From: Eledone cirrhosa
Lineage: Eukaryota
DNA length: 64,000 nt
NCBI GenBank assembly: GCA_964016885.1
Contig: OZ024750.1
Span: 48,856,001-48,920,000, forward strand
Direction of reading: 5' to 3'
Each line of letters starts with the position of its first letter. The stretch's first letter is position 1. This document shows positions 41,167 to 58,798 of this stretch, one piece after another. The notes beneath the pieces are model-generated. The model saw only the letters and a program-made list of their open reading frames with translations, had not been told where the DNA came from and searched no databases. Both the position numbers and the translations under genes were made by a program.

Positions 41167-43340
41167 TTATTGTTCATTTAGCTTGGGTTTGAATTTATCA
41201 ATAAAATTATTTTCTTTGATTTTTCTCTTGATTTCACTTGGGCTGTGTGATTTGTAGAATGGGAATATTATAAATATTCCCTGACCACATGTTGCCAGGT
41301 GGCTGCTTAGGGGTATCTGACGGACATTTGGGTCCCTGATTTGTTGACGGTGTACCCGTGCACATTCCTATAGTACATTTCCAGTTTGACCGACATATAG
41401 TTCTTCACAATTCGGGCATTTAATGCAGTTAATTAGATTTCTGCTTTTGCAGTTCATATTTGCATTTGGGAATATTTTTCCAGTTTTTGTTATCATATAT
41501 TGACCGGCGTGTATGGATTGACATGTGCCGCATCGATTATCATTGCATTTAGATACAGTGAATGATTGGTCTTTGTTGTTAAGGTCAAACTTTGCTTTGG
41601 TTAGCAATTGCTTCAAATTTTTTGGCTGTCTTTTACTAAGAGTCAAAGATCGATCTGTATTTAAGCCTTTTAATTCATTAATTTGAGCAATGATCGATAG
41701 GTTTGCTTTGGCAGTGTTGAAGATATTCTGGTGACATGGGTTGTGTGTCATTATAAATGGTATGACTAGTTCTTGGTTTCTTCTTCCTTGGGTTGTTCTA
41801 AGTTGTTGTATAGGTATTTTTATAGCCCGCTGTATGCCATTTTCTATAAGTAGAGATGGGTATTTTTGTTTGTGCAAAAATTCTCTTAGTTCTGTTAGGC
41901 GTTTGTACCTGGTATTCGTATCTTCTACAATGGTACAAATTCTTCTGGCTAGGCAGTATGGGATGTTGCGTTTTGTATGAGGTGGATGGCACGACTTAAA
42001 ATTCAGATATTGATGGGTGTCTGTGTGTTTATAATATATATCCGTGGTAATGGTGGTGTCGTTTTTGATTATCATTATATCTAGGAATGGTAAGTTGGTC
42101 CTACTCATCTCTTTTGTGAATTGGAGAGATGGGTGTAGGTTATTCAGGAGGATATTGAACTCATTCAGAGTATCTAGAGATTCTGTCCAGATGATGAAAC
42201 AGTCGTCAAGGTATCTCTACCAAGATTTTTCAATGTACTTTCTAAAGTCAGTACTATATTTTTCCTCTATTTCTTGGTAGAGTTGTTGTTCTAAGTATCT
42301 CATTACAGAGTTCGCGTAAACGGGAGCAAACTTCGTTCCCATCGCTGTGCCTCTAATTTGGATGTAATTCTTTCCATTGAAGAAGAAAGTGTTGTTTTCC
42401 AGAATAAGTTTAACTGCGTCTAATATAAATGGCGCTGTGAATCTAATGGGAATCACTTCTCTATGCTTTTCCACCCAGTATTTAACCGCCTTTATTCCTA
42501 AATCATGTGTAATGTTGGTGTAAAGGCTTACCACATCAAAACTGAGTAGAAGTGAATTCGTTTCCGTGGTTTTGGCAAGATGGGACAGGAAGTCGATATC
42601 ATCCCGGATGAAACTGGGTATGTGAATACATAGTGGTTTCAAAATAATGTCAACAAAATTGCTTAGACGGTGAGTGGGGCATGTTGGACCAGCTATAATA
42701 GGTCTAAGTTTTAAGTCCTTTGGGTGTAATAATTTAATGTACTCACTGTTTTGTTCTCTTACTGCCAGTTGTATTTCTTTTGATTTGTGAACTTTCGGTA
42801 GGCCATACAGGTTGCTGGGTTTCGGCCCAAAATTGGTGATGTAGTCTCTTTCCTTATCAGTAAATGAGTTGTGGTATTTTGAAGCCAGGTTGTTGATCTT
42901 CTTCATGATGTTGTGGTCTATATTTGACGGTATTTCATGATAGAATGTTGTGTCTTTCAGTTGTTCCTCAACCAAATCCTTATAGTATTCAGTATCCATT
43001 ATAACAACTGCACCCCCTTTATCTGCTTGTTTAATTATTATTGTTTTATCATTTTGTATACGTTTAAGTGCAGACATTTCTGATTTGTTAATGTTTGGCC
43101 TAACATTAGTATTATGTCTAAGAGGAAATTTAGACAGGATGTCAATGTATTGGTCGAGATAGGTATTTCTTCCTTTTGGCGGAGTGAAATTTGATTTATT
43201 CTTTACTAGTGATTCATCACTCTCATTATTTTTATCAGCGAAGAATTCTACAAGACGTAATTTTCGACAGAATTCTTGGGTATCCTCCTTCAGTTCTTGA
43301 TGGTTGACTGTTGGAGTCGGTGTGAATTTCAGTCCTTTTG
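41167..43340 (-). mobile_element. Neptune-type Penelope-like element ORF (RT, Zn linker, GIY-YIG), 5'-truncated, two premature TAG stops
   Basis: ADKGGAVV, YGLPKVHK, RPII, FDVVSLYTNI, GTAMG, RYLDD, LPFLD, CNDNRCGTC, CPNCEELYVGQT; one frame throughout, with stops at 42217 and 41368. Confidence 0.93.
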
Positions 43341-43574
43341 ACAGAATTTATATATATATATTTATCTCTCTCTTTCTATTTCCCTCTCTCTCTCTCTCTT
43401 CTTCCTTCTTTTTTCTTTCTTCTCTTTCTTTTTCCCTTTTCCTCTTTTTTTCCTTTTCTTCTATTTTCCTATATATTTCTTACTATAGTATTAATACATA
43501 TATTTCTGTCATATGTAGACTTACCACTTTCCTATAAACAAATGCTATTATGCCTCATATCATTGTAACTTATT

Positions 43575-43640
43575 TTTCATCTGAAGAGAACACACCATAT
43601 GTCCCAGGATGATTTTGTAATTCGAAATACGTATAATAAA
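43575..43640 (+). ncRNA. Hammerhead-like motif
   Basis: CTGAAGA...ttc-GAAA-TACGTA-TA; stems imperfect. Confidence 0.5.
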
Positions 43641-43691
43641 GTATACGGAACTATTATAACCATCTTTATTTCATCTTTATTTATATATATA

Positions 43692-43743
<52 letters not shown>

Positions 43744-43777
43744 ATTTATATATATATATATTATTTTTTATAGTGGT

Positions 43778-43811
<34 letters not shown>

Positions 43812-44929
43812 TTTTTAATTTCTGTAGGCCGTTTTGGAAGCCTCAACAATGTAGATGGGTAATTCTCCGGGTAACAAGATCCGTTGGTGGAGAGAGAGAT
43901 GTAAGTGAATGTAGATTGAGATGTAGAAGAATGTAGGAAGAGCGTAAAAGATAATAACACGAGATAGAGTTACCTTGGAAGATATGTAATTGTCCCTATA
44001 TATTTCGGATTCACAACCATCAACTGGGGGTTTTTTCCGGGGGTGGGGAGGTTAGGAGGTTGTCTGTCGGAAAGGTGCGTAACGTGTCCTCCGCTGTTCG
44101 TTGTTTTGAATATCTGAGGTATTCAGCAGAGCGCGCGTACGCGTGAAATGTGGTCGGTCAATTATAGGCGGCGGCCGAAATAGTTCTTTTAATTGTGGGA
44201 GTGGGGTTGCGTTTGCCGTCAATCCATTGTATTATCTGCCGTGCTGGTTTCAGTATTAGCAGTGTTGAAAAGTGCGTGGTGGTGAATGTTACTGTGTGTA
44301 TGTGTTGTTGTTGTCTCGCTTGTGTGTGTGTGTGTGTGCGTGTGTTGTTGGCTCGTTCATCTATATTAGCAGTGTAGTATGTTCGTATGGTGGAATGCTA
44401 CTGTGTGTGTGTGCGTTTGTTGCTGTCTCGCTTGTGTATGTGTGTGCGTGTGTTGTTGTATCGTTTGTTTACTTAAACCAATCACCTCATTTCGCTTCTC
44501 TCGGATCGGTTATTTTTTTGTGGCACTAGGCGTCTGATCCAAAGTGCTTTCTTTATTCGTAATGTGCCGACGTCTGTTTCGGTCGCTAGAATTGTGACAA
44601 TGGGCCTTCCGTCTTTGTTTCCGCATATATATATATTACGACAAGAAATACCTAATGGTTTTATCGTATTTTTACCTGAATATATTTGATATGCATTCCG
44701 TTAAAGGGAACGGCCATATGTAGACACATAGGTATCGCAAACACAAGCATATGCGCTTATTCTCACCCAATTAAACCGTACCCTTGCACGCGCATATATG
44801 CACACCCACACATATATATATATGTATATATATATGTATACAGGAACGATCGACTTTCGTCAAATCGGAGCGAGGGAACAATGTTTCCGTCGGTCTTTCC
44901 AATTGCTAATACTATCTATCGGTCGCAAC

Positions 44930-45056
44930 TCCAGGTAGAAGGAGCAACGTGAAATAAAGTGTCTTGCTCAAGGACGTAACGCATCACCTGGTCCAGGAAT
45001 CGATCTCACAACCTTACGATTGCGAATCCAATTCTCTAACCACACAGCCACACGCA
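44930..45056 (-). mobile_element. Second tRNA-derived SINE family (degenerate copy at about 52905-52990 on +)
   Basis: A box TGGCTGTGTGG, B-box-like GATCGATTCC, conserved body tccttgagcaagacacttt. Confidence 0.75.
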
Positions 45057-45172
45057 TATATATATATGTATATATATATATATACATATGTATATATATA
45101 TATATATGTGTATATATATATATATACATATATATGTATATATATATATGTATATATTTATATATATACATA

Positions 45173-45241
<69 letters not shown>

Positions 45242-45261
45242 TATGCGTATATATATATATA

Positions 45262-45297
<36 letters not shown>

Positions 45298-45634
45298 ATA
45301 TATATATATATATTTATATATATATATACGCATAGAATCGTACAACTCGATATTGTTGTAATGCAGGAAGTTGTAGTTGAATGCCATACAATTTTTTGTA
45401 AAAAAAAGACTATAATGAAAATTATTATCCGGATTTTACAACGCCAAAATAATTATGCCGGCGCTTTTTAAAGGAAAACACTCACTACACCAGAATTATC
45501 AGCAACTTTAACAATAAAAACACCAACAAATCAGTAACAATAACAAATGTTGTTTAACAATGTTTTCTTAAATAATTGTTGATCAATTCACTGGAGAGAA
45601 ATTGTCTAAGTGAAATAAAATAACATTATTTAAG

Positions 45635-45818
45635 GGCGGTGGATTGGCAGTATCGGTAGAGGGTCGGACGCCATGCTTTCAAGCATAGTTACGTCCCTTT
45701 ATGATCTGAGTTCAAATCCCGCCGAGGTTGACTTTGCCTTTCATCCTTACGGGGTCGATAAAATAAAGTACCAGTAATGCACTGGATAATTGCTGGCCTT
45801 GTGCCTAAAGTAGAAACA
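45635..45818 (+). mobile_element. Full-length tRNA-derived SINE with 10-bp TSD
   Basis: A box TGGCAGTATCGG, B box GAGTTCAAATCC; TSD ATTATTTAAG at 45625-45634 and 45819-45828. Confidence 0.92.
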
Positions 45819-46559
45819 ATTATTTAAGATACCGACTGGAAATGATGAAAAAAAGATGTTTTTAGATAAAAACTGCAATTACTAAGTTATAAGTGATTAC
45901 CATTCCGTATATTTATGTTGAAGATCTAAAAATGTAATTAAATAAATAACAATTATTATTTGCACAGATAATGTAGATTGCTTACTGATATAAGTTTATG
46001 TTGTATGGCTTTTATCTAAATTACGAGGTAGACATAATGTCTTACCATATACATATTTTAATTATCTAGAGAATTTTATCATGTCTGTTCCTTCGCTAAG
46101 AACTTAACTAAATATCAAATATTAAAATCCATAGAATATCTAGTCTAAAATTTTTCAGCATTTTGCTTTAATAATTTAAACATGCGTCAACTTATGTACA
46201 CTTCCTATCATCAATATGATTCCATTGCTGCGGTGTAAGCCTCTTATTTCTTTTTCCTTGAATTGCTTGATTTGTATCACAATTCCGCGTTGTTTATATA
46301 TCATGAATGGACCTGTTATGTTTATCTAAAGATATGTTTTCCAATTACATCCCACCCGTCCCCTCAATCTATCATCTTTCTCATTATTTCTTCTGATGAA
46401 AGGCTAGCGTCCGTAACGTTAATATCTCTTCCTGCTATATCAACCGTTAAACTAATATATCTCTTCCATATACTGTACCGATGGTGTTGTTATTACTGTC
46501 TACCTTTTACATACATAAACACACCGAGCATTATAATAAATGTTCGGTAAATGCATACG

Positions 46560-51749
<5,190 letters not shown>

Positions 51750-51777
51750 TTTATATATATATATATATATATACATA

Positions 51778-51860
<83 letters not shown>

Positions 51861-51866
51861 GTATTT

Positions 51867-51920
<54 letters not shown>

Positions 51921-52026
51921 ATATACATATATATATATTTGTATATATATATATATATTAGAAAGTGAGGTTTTTTTTACAAAATGAGAAATAACCGAGG
52001 TGTCCTACACGAGTGAAAGTATAAAG

Positions 52027-52315
52027 AAAAAGAGATGAAATCGAAAATGCAGCTGGAGCCTTATTTAAAAAAAAATATATATATATATATTTGGTTCCTT
52101 TACCGGTTTCGCAGTTCTTCTGCTTTTCAAAAGTAGTGTTGAGATGGAGGGTCTGTGGTTTTTCTCACATCTGTGAGAAAAACCACAGACCCTCCATCTC
52201 AACTCTACTTTTGAAAAGCAGAAGAACTGCGAAACCGGTAAAGGAACCAAATAAATATATATATATATTTTTTTTAAATAAGGCTCCAGCTGAATTTTCG
52301 ATTTCATCTCTTTTT
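52027..52315. repeat. About 290-bp palindrome with degenerate hammerheads
   Basis: Centre ggtctgtggtttttctcaca-tc-tgtgagaaaaaccacagacc; ctt-TTGAAAA-GCAG-aagaa-CTGC-GAAAC-CG-GTA-aag. Confidence 0.88.
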
Positions 52316-52318
52316 ATT

Positions 52319-52349
<31 letters not shown>

Positions 52350-52396
52350 CTATATATGTATATCGGATTTCCAATAAATTAATTACCCCCTCTACT

Positions 52397-52442
<46 letters not shown>

Positions 52443-53467
52443 ACACTTGAATGCATATTTTAAGTCACAAGTTTATATTAGCATCATTGTGAAGCAACTT
52501 CAGCGATAGTTGAGAAGAACATTTTTGATTTTATTTCTGGATAATGTTAATGAATGTCGGTAGAAGCAAAAATATATTTCTCGTTTCCATTGTTGCATGA
52601 TAATATGGGGATGACAATATTTCTCAATGCTTTAGGGAATTCTGTAATAATCTATTATATCCAGTCAGCCACTAAAATCTAACTTCTGCTTTTATATCTT
52701 GATACATTGCCTGGGTAAGTGTGATGAAAGGCAGATTAATGGACAACGACATAGTAAGTATTTTGCAGCACTGCATTTGTGCGCCTATACAATCATTTCA
52801 AGTACTGCATCAACATTAAATATGTCTTTTATGCGCAGTAGTGATATATATGATGAATGATACAATTTTACCAAATATTGTTCTAATGTACTTTTAGTGT
52901 GAACGTGCATGGCTTAGTGATGAGCATGTTGGGCTTACGGTAGTAAGATCATCGTTTCGGTTGGTTGTGTTCTTGGGAGAGTCACTTAAGATAGAAAAAT
53001 GTTGCATTAACAAATGTTCTAAAATGTATTGGCCTTATATAATATCGCCGGCGTGGAAAGTGGATATTATCCTGTAAAGGCAAGTACTGGTTTTCCATAA
53101 AACACAGTTTCGCTTTGAAATGTTTCTCTCCAGGTACGGATTCACGGTCAGACTTGACTAAACGGTGAGATTAGCTAGGAACTATTAATAGACGATTTTA
53201 GTTGTGTTACTTGGTTTGAAAAATATTTCTCTTCAGAGATCCTCCTGGATATGCATCTTGGAACATTGTTGGATTTCACAGTAGCGAACATATCTTCGAT
53301 AAATATATAAAATGTTTTGATATTGAATATCTAAACTCCTTAATATGTGTGAAATTCCTACGTCGGATTTAAGGAGGATAATTCAGTTCTACGATAGAAC
53401 AACAACCGATTTGTAAAGTAACTTATATGTGGTTCAATATTCTACTTACATGTGTACCACACATTTT

Positions 53468-53730
53468 TCTTCTTCTTCTTCTTCTTCTTCTTCTTCTTCT
53501 TCTTCTTCTTCTTCTTCTTCTTCAGTACCCACTTGTCTATTAGAGGCTCGTGGGTGCAGACAGAGTCCTCAAACATTCCTTCCAACTGGTCCTGTCCGAA
53601 GCAACCGTTTTCAATTCATCTGACTGGATCCCCAAGTGAGACCAGCCAAGCTAATGGTTGTTAACTAACTATTTTGCTCGGGGTCTACCTATGGGTTTCC
53701 TGGTAGATGATTTTCTCCGTGTTATGTGAC
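53468..53730 (-). mobile_element. RTE-like LINE 3' end with (GAA)n tail
   Basis: GRP...ELKTVASDRTSWK followed by (GAA)n on the minus strand. Confidence 0.6.
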
Positions 53731-53859
53731 TAATCCAAATAAATAATAAAAGATACAAATAATGAGATGTTTATAATTCATTTGTAAATTAGTTCAATTC
53801 TTTGTTTTATTATAAATTCATCGAACACTTTGCTATAAAATGGATTAGAACCACACTTT

Positions 53860-54330
53860 ACCTTTACATTTATCTTAAAGTTCTCTTTTTGTGAAAATGA
53901 AGACTAAATTGCTCAATATCTGTACACCTAGAAAACACCTTATATAAGTATTTACTTGCTTTAATGAAGAATAACTCAGTTGGAGCAGGTGTGTCATGTA
54001 TGGTCAGAATCAGACTTATTAATTTTGTTACTTCTGCCAGGGCTGGATTTAGTTCAAGTTCCCGATTCATGTCTGCAACTTCCAGGATGCTTGACACTTT
54101 ATTTACAAAATCTGCAGCATAGAATGATTTCAGCTTACAATTCACTCTATCCAAATCCAATATTTATATATAGATATCCAACGATGAATTCGCTTTCATC
54201 AGAATTTGTTATCGTAAGCGTGAAAAAGCTAATTTAGTTTCCAGTTCAAGCTTCAGTGTCTCTCTTCTGAGAATGATTGTATTTTTCTTCACTTCGAAGC
54301 TTCCTGTTGCAAAAGATCGAGAAAGTTGAG
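53860..54330 (-). mobile_element. hAT transposase C-terminal dimerisation domain remnant
   Basis: PALAEVTKLISLILTIH.TPAPTE..F resembles the P.T.A..ERSFS motif; frameshifted. Confidence 0.6.
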
Positions 54331-54750
54331 AGGAAACTGAGCTAACTGACATTTTCTAACGTAAAAAATGTTATTGGCATATAATAGTTTTTATTAAATC
54401 GATGCTTTAGTCAAACAAATAAGTTTACACCCTTACGTAGCTTTTAAAAAAAACAATTTAAAATATTTAAAATTAAATTTTAAGCCTTTGGAATGAATAT
54501 TTTGATGAAAACTTTATGATCTTCATTACAAAAATAAAATACAGAGTAGTCGTTACATGACTGAATCCGAATCATACAATAGTAGAATTAAAGGAACATT
54601 TCATGTGACAAACGTTCTGTATATACTCTACAATACACAATAATCATATGAAATAAACCAGAATCAGCGATGATTCTAAAATATACCCTGAAATGCAAGT
54701 CTTTGATCTCAGCCGCACGGGGAAATACGAAATCATCATCGATCCGCGGA

Positions 54751-54985
54751 AACAGGTAGGTATGCGAAATGCATTCAACTTTTGATTATCTCTCATTGAC
54801 TATCTATCGCTTACCTCTCTTGCCTCTTGCTCAATAGGTAAAATATTAATATATTAACAAAACTAACAACATTGCTTTTTTTTATTATGGCAGGTAAGTA
54901 ATATGAACAATACTAACGTTTATCTCCCACTCCTTTCCCCACAAATAAAAAGGTAAGTAATTTGTCTAATCATTTTCATTCACAG
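54751..54985 (+). promoter_or_regulatory. Chain of four abutting intron-like units (AG|GT recursive-splice-like sites)
   Basis: CAG|GTAGGT at 54755, TAG|GTAAAA at 54837, CAG|GTAAGT at 54893, AAG|GTAAGT at 54952, final acceptor CACAG at 54985. Branch-like motifs TTGAC, CTAAC, TACTAAC, CTAAT and pyrimidine tracts lie within the units. Confidence 0.5.
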
Positions 54986-55212
54986 TTTCCTAAGCAAGCA
55001 GACTGCTATGCTTACACTTTTTTTTAAAATAAAATATCGCTTGTTTACAATTTTTTTTCCGAAATAAAACAACGAGAAATAAAAAGTAAAAGAATATCAA
55101 GAGAACAATAACGATACAGAACATTATCAATAAACACATAAATTATTTATCCTGGAGATAACAATGATATGCACTGTAGTATTACATACGTAGAACTTTC
55201 GTCCTTGGTATG

Positions 55213-55274
<62 letters not shown>

Positions 55275-55468
55275 CAAATTCAGGACCCCAACAGCTGAGC
55301 TCCAGCCGTTTTGGCAACTAGATCCGAACTAAAGCGCCGGTATTAACGTTTTCATATTACCCACTCTACTGCCTCATGTATCAAGTACTCTGGGGAGTAA
55401 TGGTCTAACTGGTTTTTACCACCTTTAATCTGAATGAATGAATGAAAACCCCTCAATTTTAATGTTGT

Positions 55469-55572
55469 TTGTGTAAGGAAAAACCTGTGTGAGTATGTGT
55501 TTGCATGTGTGTAAGGAAAAACCTGTATGAGTAGGTGTGTGCATGTGCGTAAGGAAAGCTGTGTGAGTATGT
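55469..55572. repeat. About 38-bp minisatellite, roughly 3 copies
   Basis: gtgtaaggaaaaacctgtgtgagtatgtgtttgcat repeated. Confidence 0.75.
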
Positions 55573-55835
55573 GTATGATATATGTGCGTGTGTACATGGC
55601 TGTAAGTGTGTAAATATAGGGAGAACAGGTTTTAAGGTAAGAGAATAAAATGTGTCTGAGTATAGCTGGTCTGCAACATTTTATTTTTGGTTATTATCAG
55701 CTAGATGACCACTCAAAACCAATAAGGAATGTAACTGCTGGTAATATTAGTCGTGTCAAACTAGGCTAGGAAACGAATGTTCTTTAGACCAGACAGCTGG
55801 GATGTTGGCACGATAGTATATTTAGGTTGGACAAT

Positions 55836-56700
55836 TTAGATTAGCGATTGTGGCGAATTCCTTTCCATTCTATTATTGATGGGAGGGTTTAGTTGCTTAA
55901 TCAATAGGGCTTCAATGATACTCATCGTGCCTGTATTACTTTCGGCAGCCAAGATGGTGGTACTTTTATTACTGTCTCGATTTGTGTATTTGATATTGTG
56001 TTTGCAAAAGGAAGATGAGTTGGTCTTGATCTGTTCTTTAATTCGGATATGTAAGGGACGAATAGTGCTGCCTGGGTAGATTTGACTACACTTGTCTAAA
56101 CTGTATACCAAGTAGGCAACACTTAGTTTTGAGGATAGGACGAGTGGTTACGCTGCATCATTTATCTCAGCTGAAGAGTTGTTAATTCCAAGTTGTATTT
56201 GTAACTAATATTCCACAATGCTTCAAGCAAACTAACCATTTTATTATCCTTAAACCTGATCCCGGAACTGTTTCCAAAATCGCGAAGGGAATTTTTCGAT
56301 TAGTGGTGTCGATTAAATTAACTTCCTCAATCTTTGAGATTGAGGCATGGAATGACCAGCGAATTTCTTAAGAGTATTGAAGGTAATGTTGTCTGTGTGA
56401 GGTTTTGAAACGGATGACTGTTTATCTAAAACAATTCAGGAAAAGCGTGTGGCCGCAATATCGTTCTAAATTCATAAATATAATCTTATTAGTGAAATGT
56501 TTAGATATTCTAAATGAAATGTTCCAAGGATTGTTAGAATGCATGTTGTTCTATTGTAGTGATATATAAGGTTTGTAGGGGTAATAGAGCAAACATGTTA
56601 TGTTCAATGACACGGGGGAGAAATATTCTAGTAGTAACTTTCATTGGATTGTAATATTGCAGCCTAGGTTATAAAGAAGTATTGAGGAAGCTGGCAAACT
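55836..56700 (-). mobile_element. Degenerate PLE GIY-YIG and RT fragments
   Basis: VYSLDKCSQIYPGSTIRPLHIRIKEQ...IEALLIKQLNPPINNRME. Confidence 0.65.
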
Positions 56701-57249
56701 GCATTCGCAGTAAGAGGGTTCAGCATGTTTAGTGTGTAAAGTAATATAACGCGGTATATTGAGTACCTAATCAATGAGAACTGGGTTTCAATGATGTACA
56801 GGATGAAGGGAACATGAAATCGACCAATTCGCATGAGTATGCAAGTAGATATCTCTCTCCCTCTCTCTCTTTCTATCTCGCTATCTATATATCTCTTTTT
56901 ATCTCTCTGCCTTTATCTATCTATCTATCTATCTATCTATATCTCTCCCTCATTCTATATATACAAAGAGAGAGAGAGAGAGAGAATAAGTATCACAAAC
57001 TTAAAAACGTCGATTATTTTCGTGTAACAGAACGTCACATAATATTGTCACATTAGGCCATCATGTGAATTAAATTATTGATTCGATTAATGTTGATTAT
57101 GTATAGATGTATCGAGGATTAACTTGTATTTCAATACCATTAGTATGAAACTTCTCTCGTTGAAGGAATACAATTGAAAACACTTTAAGCTCTTTCTAAT
57201 CCTAAAACAAAATCACGCTGTTAACTATTTCGTTAATAATCACAGAAAA

Positions 57250-57273
57250 TGTCATCTTTATCTATTTTATCAG
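57250..57273 (+). promoter_or_regulatory. 3' splice acceptor immediately upstream of the UGT start codon (5' UTR intron)
   Basis: Pyrimidine-rich tcatctttatctattttatCAG followed by GAACATC-ATG; the exon would start 7 nt before the ATG. Confidence 0.65.
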
Positions 57274-57280
57274 GAACATC

Positions 57281-58798
57281 ATGAAAATAATGGAAAGCAT
57301 ATTCATCATCAAACTATGCACTTTTATTCATATCATTACTGTTAGCAGTGAAAATATTCTATATCTAGCATGGCCTGGCTACAGTCATGTAAAACCAATG
57401 ATTTCCATATCAAATGAATTAAGAAAATATGGGCATAATAGCTATTTCCCTCTGAATAAAAAACTCACTGAAGCTTTTCGAGACGAAAAGAACATTCATG
57501 TGTTACATATGGATGAAATACCAGAAACTGAAATGTTAAAAGCGCTGGTGCAGGAACGAGGTTCAACCAAAGGTATTGATGTACTACGAAAGGCATTGAG
57601 CTTTATTCCTATAATGTGCGACAGAGTGTTAACCAACGAAAAATGGATCGAATCTTTGAGAGAAGTCAATGCTAGTTTAGTTGTTGTCAATGGAATATTT
57701 ATGTCAAATTGCCTAACAATAATTCCTTATAAACTCTCAGTACCGTTTGTTTTCACAGGATCCGAGATATTTCCTAGTATCCATCGTATTCCATGGGCCC
57801 CCAATGTTTTCCCTAATGCAATGACCGGATTCACAGGCAAGATGACATATTTCGAAAAGTTGATAAATATTTTAGTTTCTATTATTGATTACACTATTCC
57901 TCCAATTGGATCGCCTACACACAGTGTCAAAACATACGCTAAAGACAAGCCTGATATTTCCTTCACTGATTTACTACACCAGGCACAGTTTTTCCTGATT
58001 GAAAGAGATGTACTGTTAGATTCTCCTCTATCACAACTTCCAAATGTAAGATATGTTGGAGGTCTTTCTGCCAAACATTCATTACCATTGAAGGGAGAAT
58101 TACTGCAATATGTGAATGCTTCTGAGAATGGAATAGTTCTTGTAACTTTTGGCAGTATGGTAAATAATCTGCCCGATGTTCAATTAGAAAAACTACAAAA
58201 TGCTTTTAAACGAATAAAATATGATGTTGTGTGGAGACAGAAGAAAATATCATTTTCTCATAAGAATATTTATCTAAGTGACTGGATTCCACAGAATGAC
58301 CTGCTTGGACATCCAAAAACTAAGTTGTTTGTTACTCACTGTGGTAATAGTGGCCAGTTCGAAGCTTTGTTCCATGGTGTACCAATGCTAGGGGTTCCTT
58401 TAGTAGTAGATCAACATTATAACGCTCGTCGAATGACTGACAAAGGATATGGTCTTTCCCTAGACATAGAGAACTTTTCTACTGAAGAATTGATAGACAA
58501 AATTAATGAGTTGATGGAAAATGATACATATTCTAAGAAGATTAAAAGAGCTAGTGAAATATTTCATTCTCGTCCTGAACCACCAGCGAAGAAAGCAGCC
58601 CGCCACATCGATCACATTTTAAAGTATGGTGGGACATATCTGAAATCTCCATGTCAAGAGAGTCCATTGTGGGAATTTCTTATGATCGATGTATTGTTTC
58701 CTATATGTGTAGTAACATTACTTCTGATATATTTCCTATATCTGATTGGGAAAAACTGTATAGTTTTTTGTTGGAGGAAGAAAGCAAAAACTGATTAA
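57281..58798 (+). CDS. Membrane-bound UDP-glycosyltransferase (GT1, UGT1/2-like), 505 aa, single coding exon
   Basis: Signal-peptide-like N-terminus, GYSH catalytic His36, UGT signature WIPQNDLLGHPKTKLFVTHCG...EALFHGVPMLGVPLVVDQ, C-terminal transmembrane helix and dilysine-type tail KKAKTD. Uninterrupted ORF. Confidence 0.96.
   Translation: MKIMESIFIIKLCTFIHIITVSSENILYLAWPGYSHVKPMISISNELRKYGHNSYFPLNKKLTEAFRDEKNIHVLHMDEIPETEMLKALVQERGSTKGIDVLRKALSFIPIMCDRVLTNEKWIESLREVNASLVVVNGIFMSNCLTIIPYKLSVPFVFTGSEIFPSIHRIPWAPNVFPNAMTGFTGKMTYFEKLINILVSIIDYTIPPIGSPTHSVKTYAKDKPDISFTDLLHQAQFFLIERDVLLDSPLSQLPNVRYVGGLSAKHSLPLKGELLQYVNASENGIVLVTFGSMVNNLPDVQLEKLQNAFKRIKYDVVWRQKKISFSHKNIYLSDWIPQNDLLGHPKTKLFVTHCGNSGQFEALFHGVPMLGVPLVVDQHYNARRMTDKGYGLSLDIENFSTEELIDKINELMENDTYSKKIKRASEIFHSRPEPPAKKAARHIDHILKYGGTYLKSPCQESPLWEFLMIDVLFPICVVTLLLIYFLYLIGKNCIVFCWRKKAKTD

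Noticed and set aside
41167-43340. Selenoprotein-encoding Naiad PLE or programmed readthrough
   Set aside because: The endonuclease is C-terminal and the stops are TAG at non-Cys positions; ordinary decay is the simpler explanation.
45635-45725. tRNA gene
   Set aside because: A and B boxes are present, but it is the head of a dispersed SINE with TSDs and no convincing cloverleaf.
52027-52315. Palindromes as miRNA precursors or MITEs
   Set aside because: They carry hammerhead-like motifs and sit in microsatellites like the PLE termini; no MITE-type TSD or small-RNA evidence is available.
57281-58798. Bacterial horizontal transfer to explain the intronless UGT
   Set aside because: Signal peptide, C-terminal transmembrane helix and dilysine-type tail are features of animal ER UGTs.
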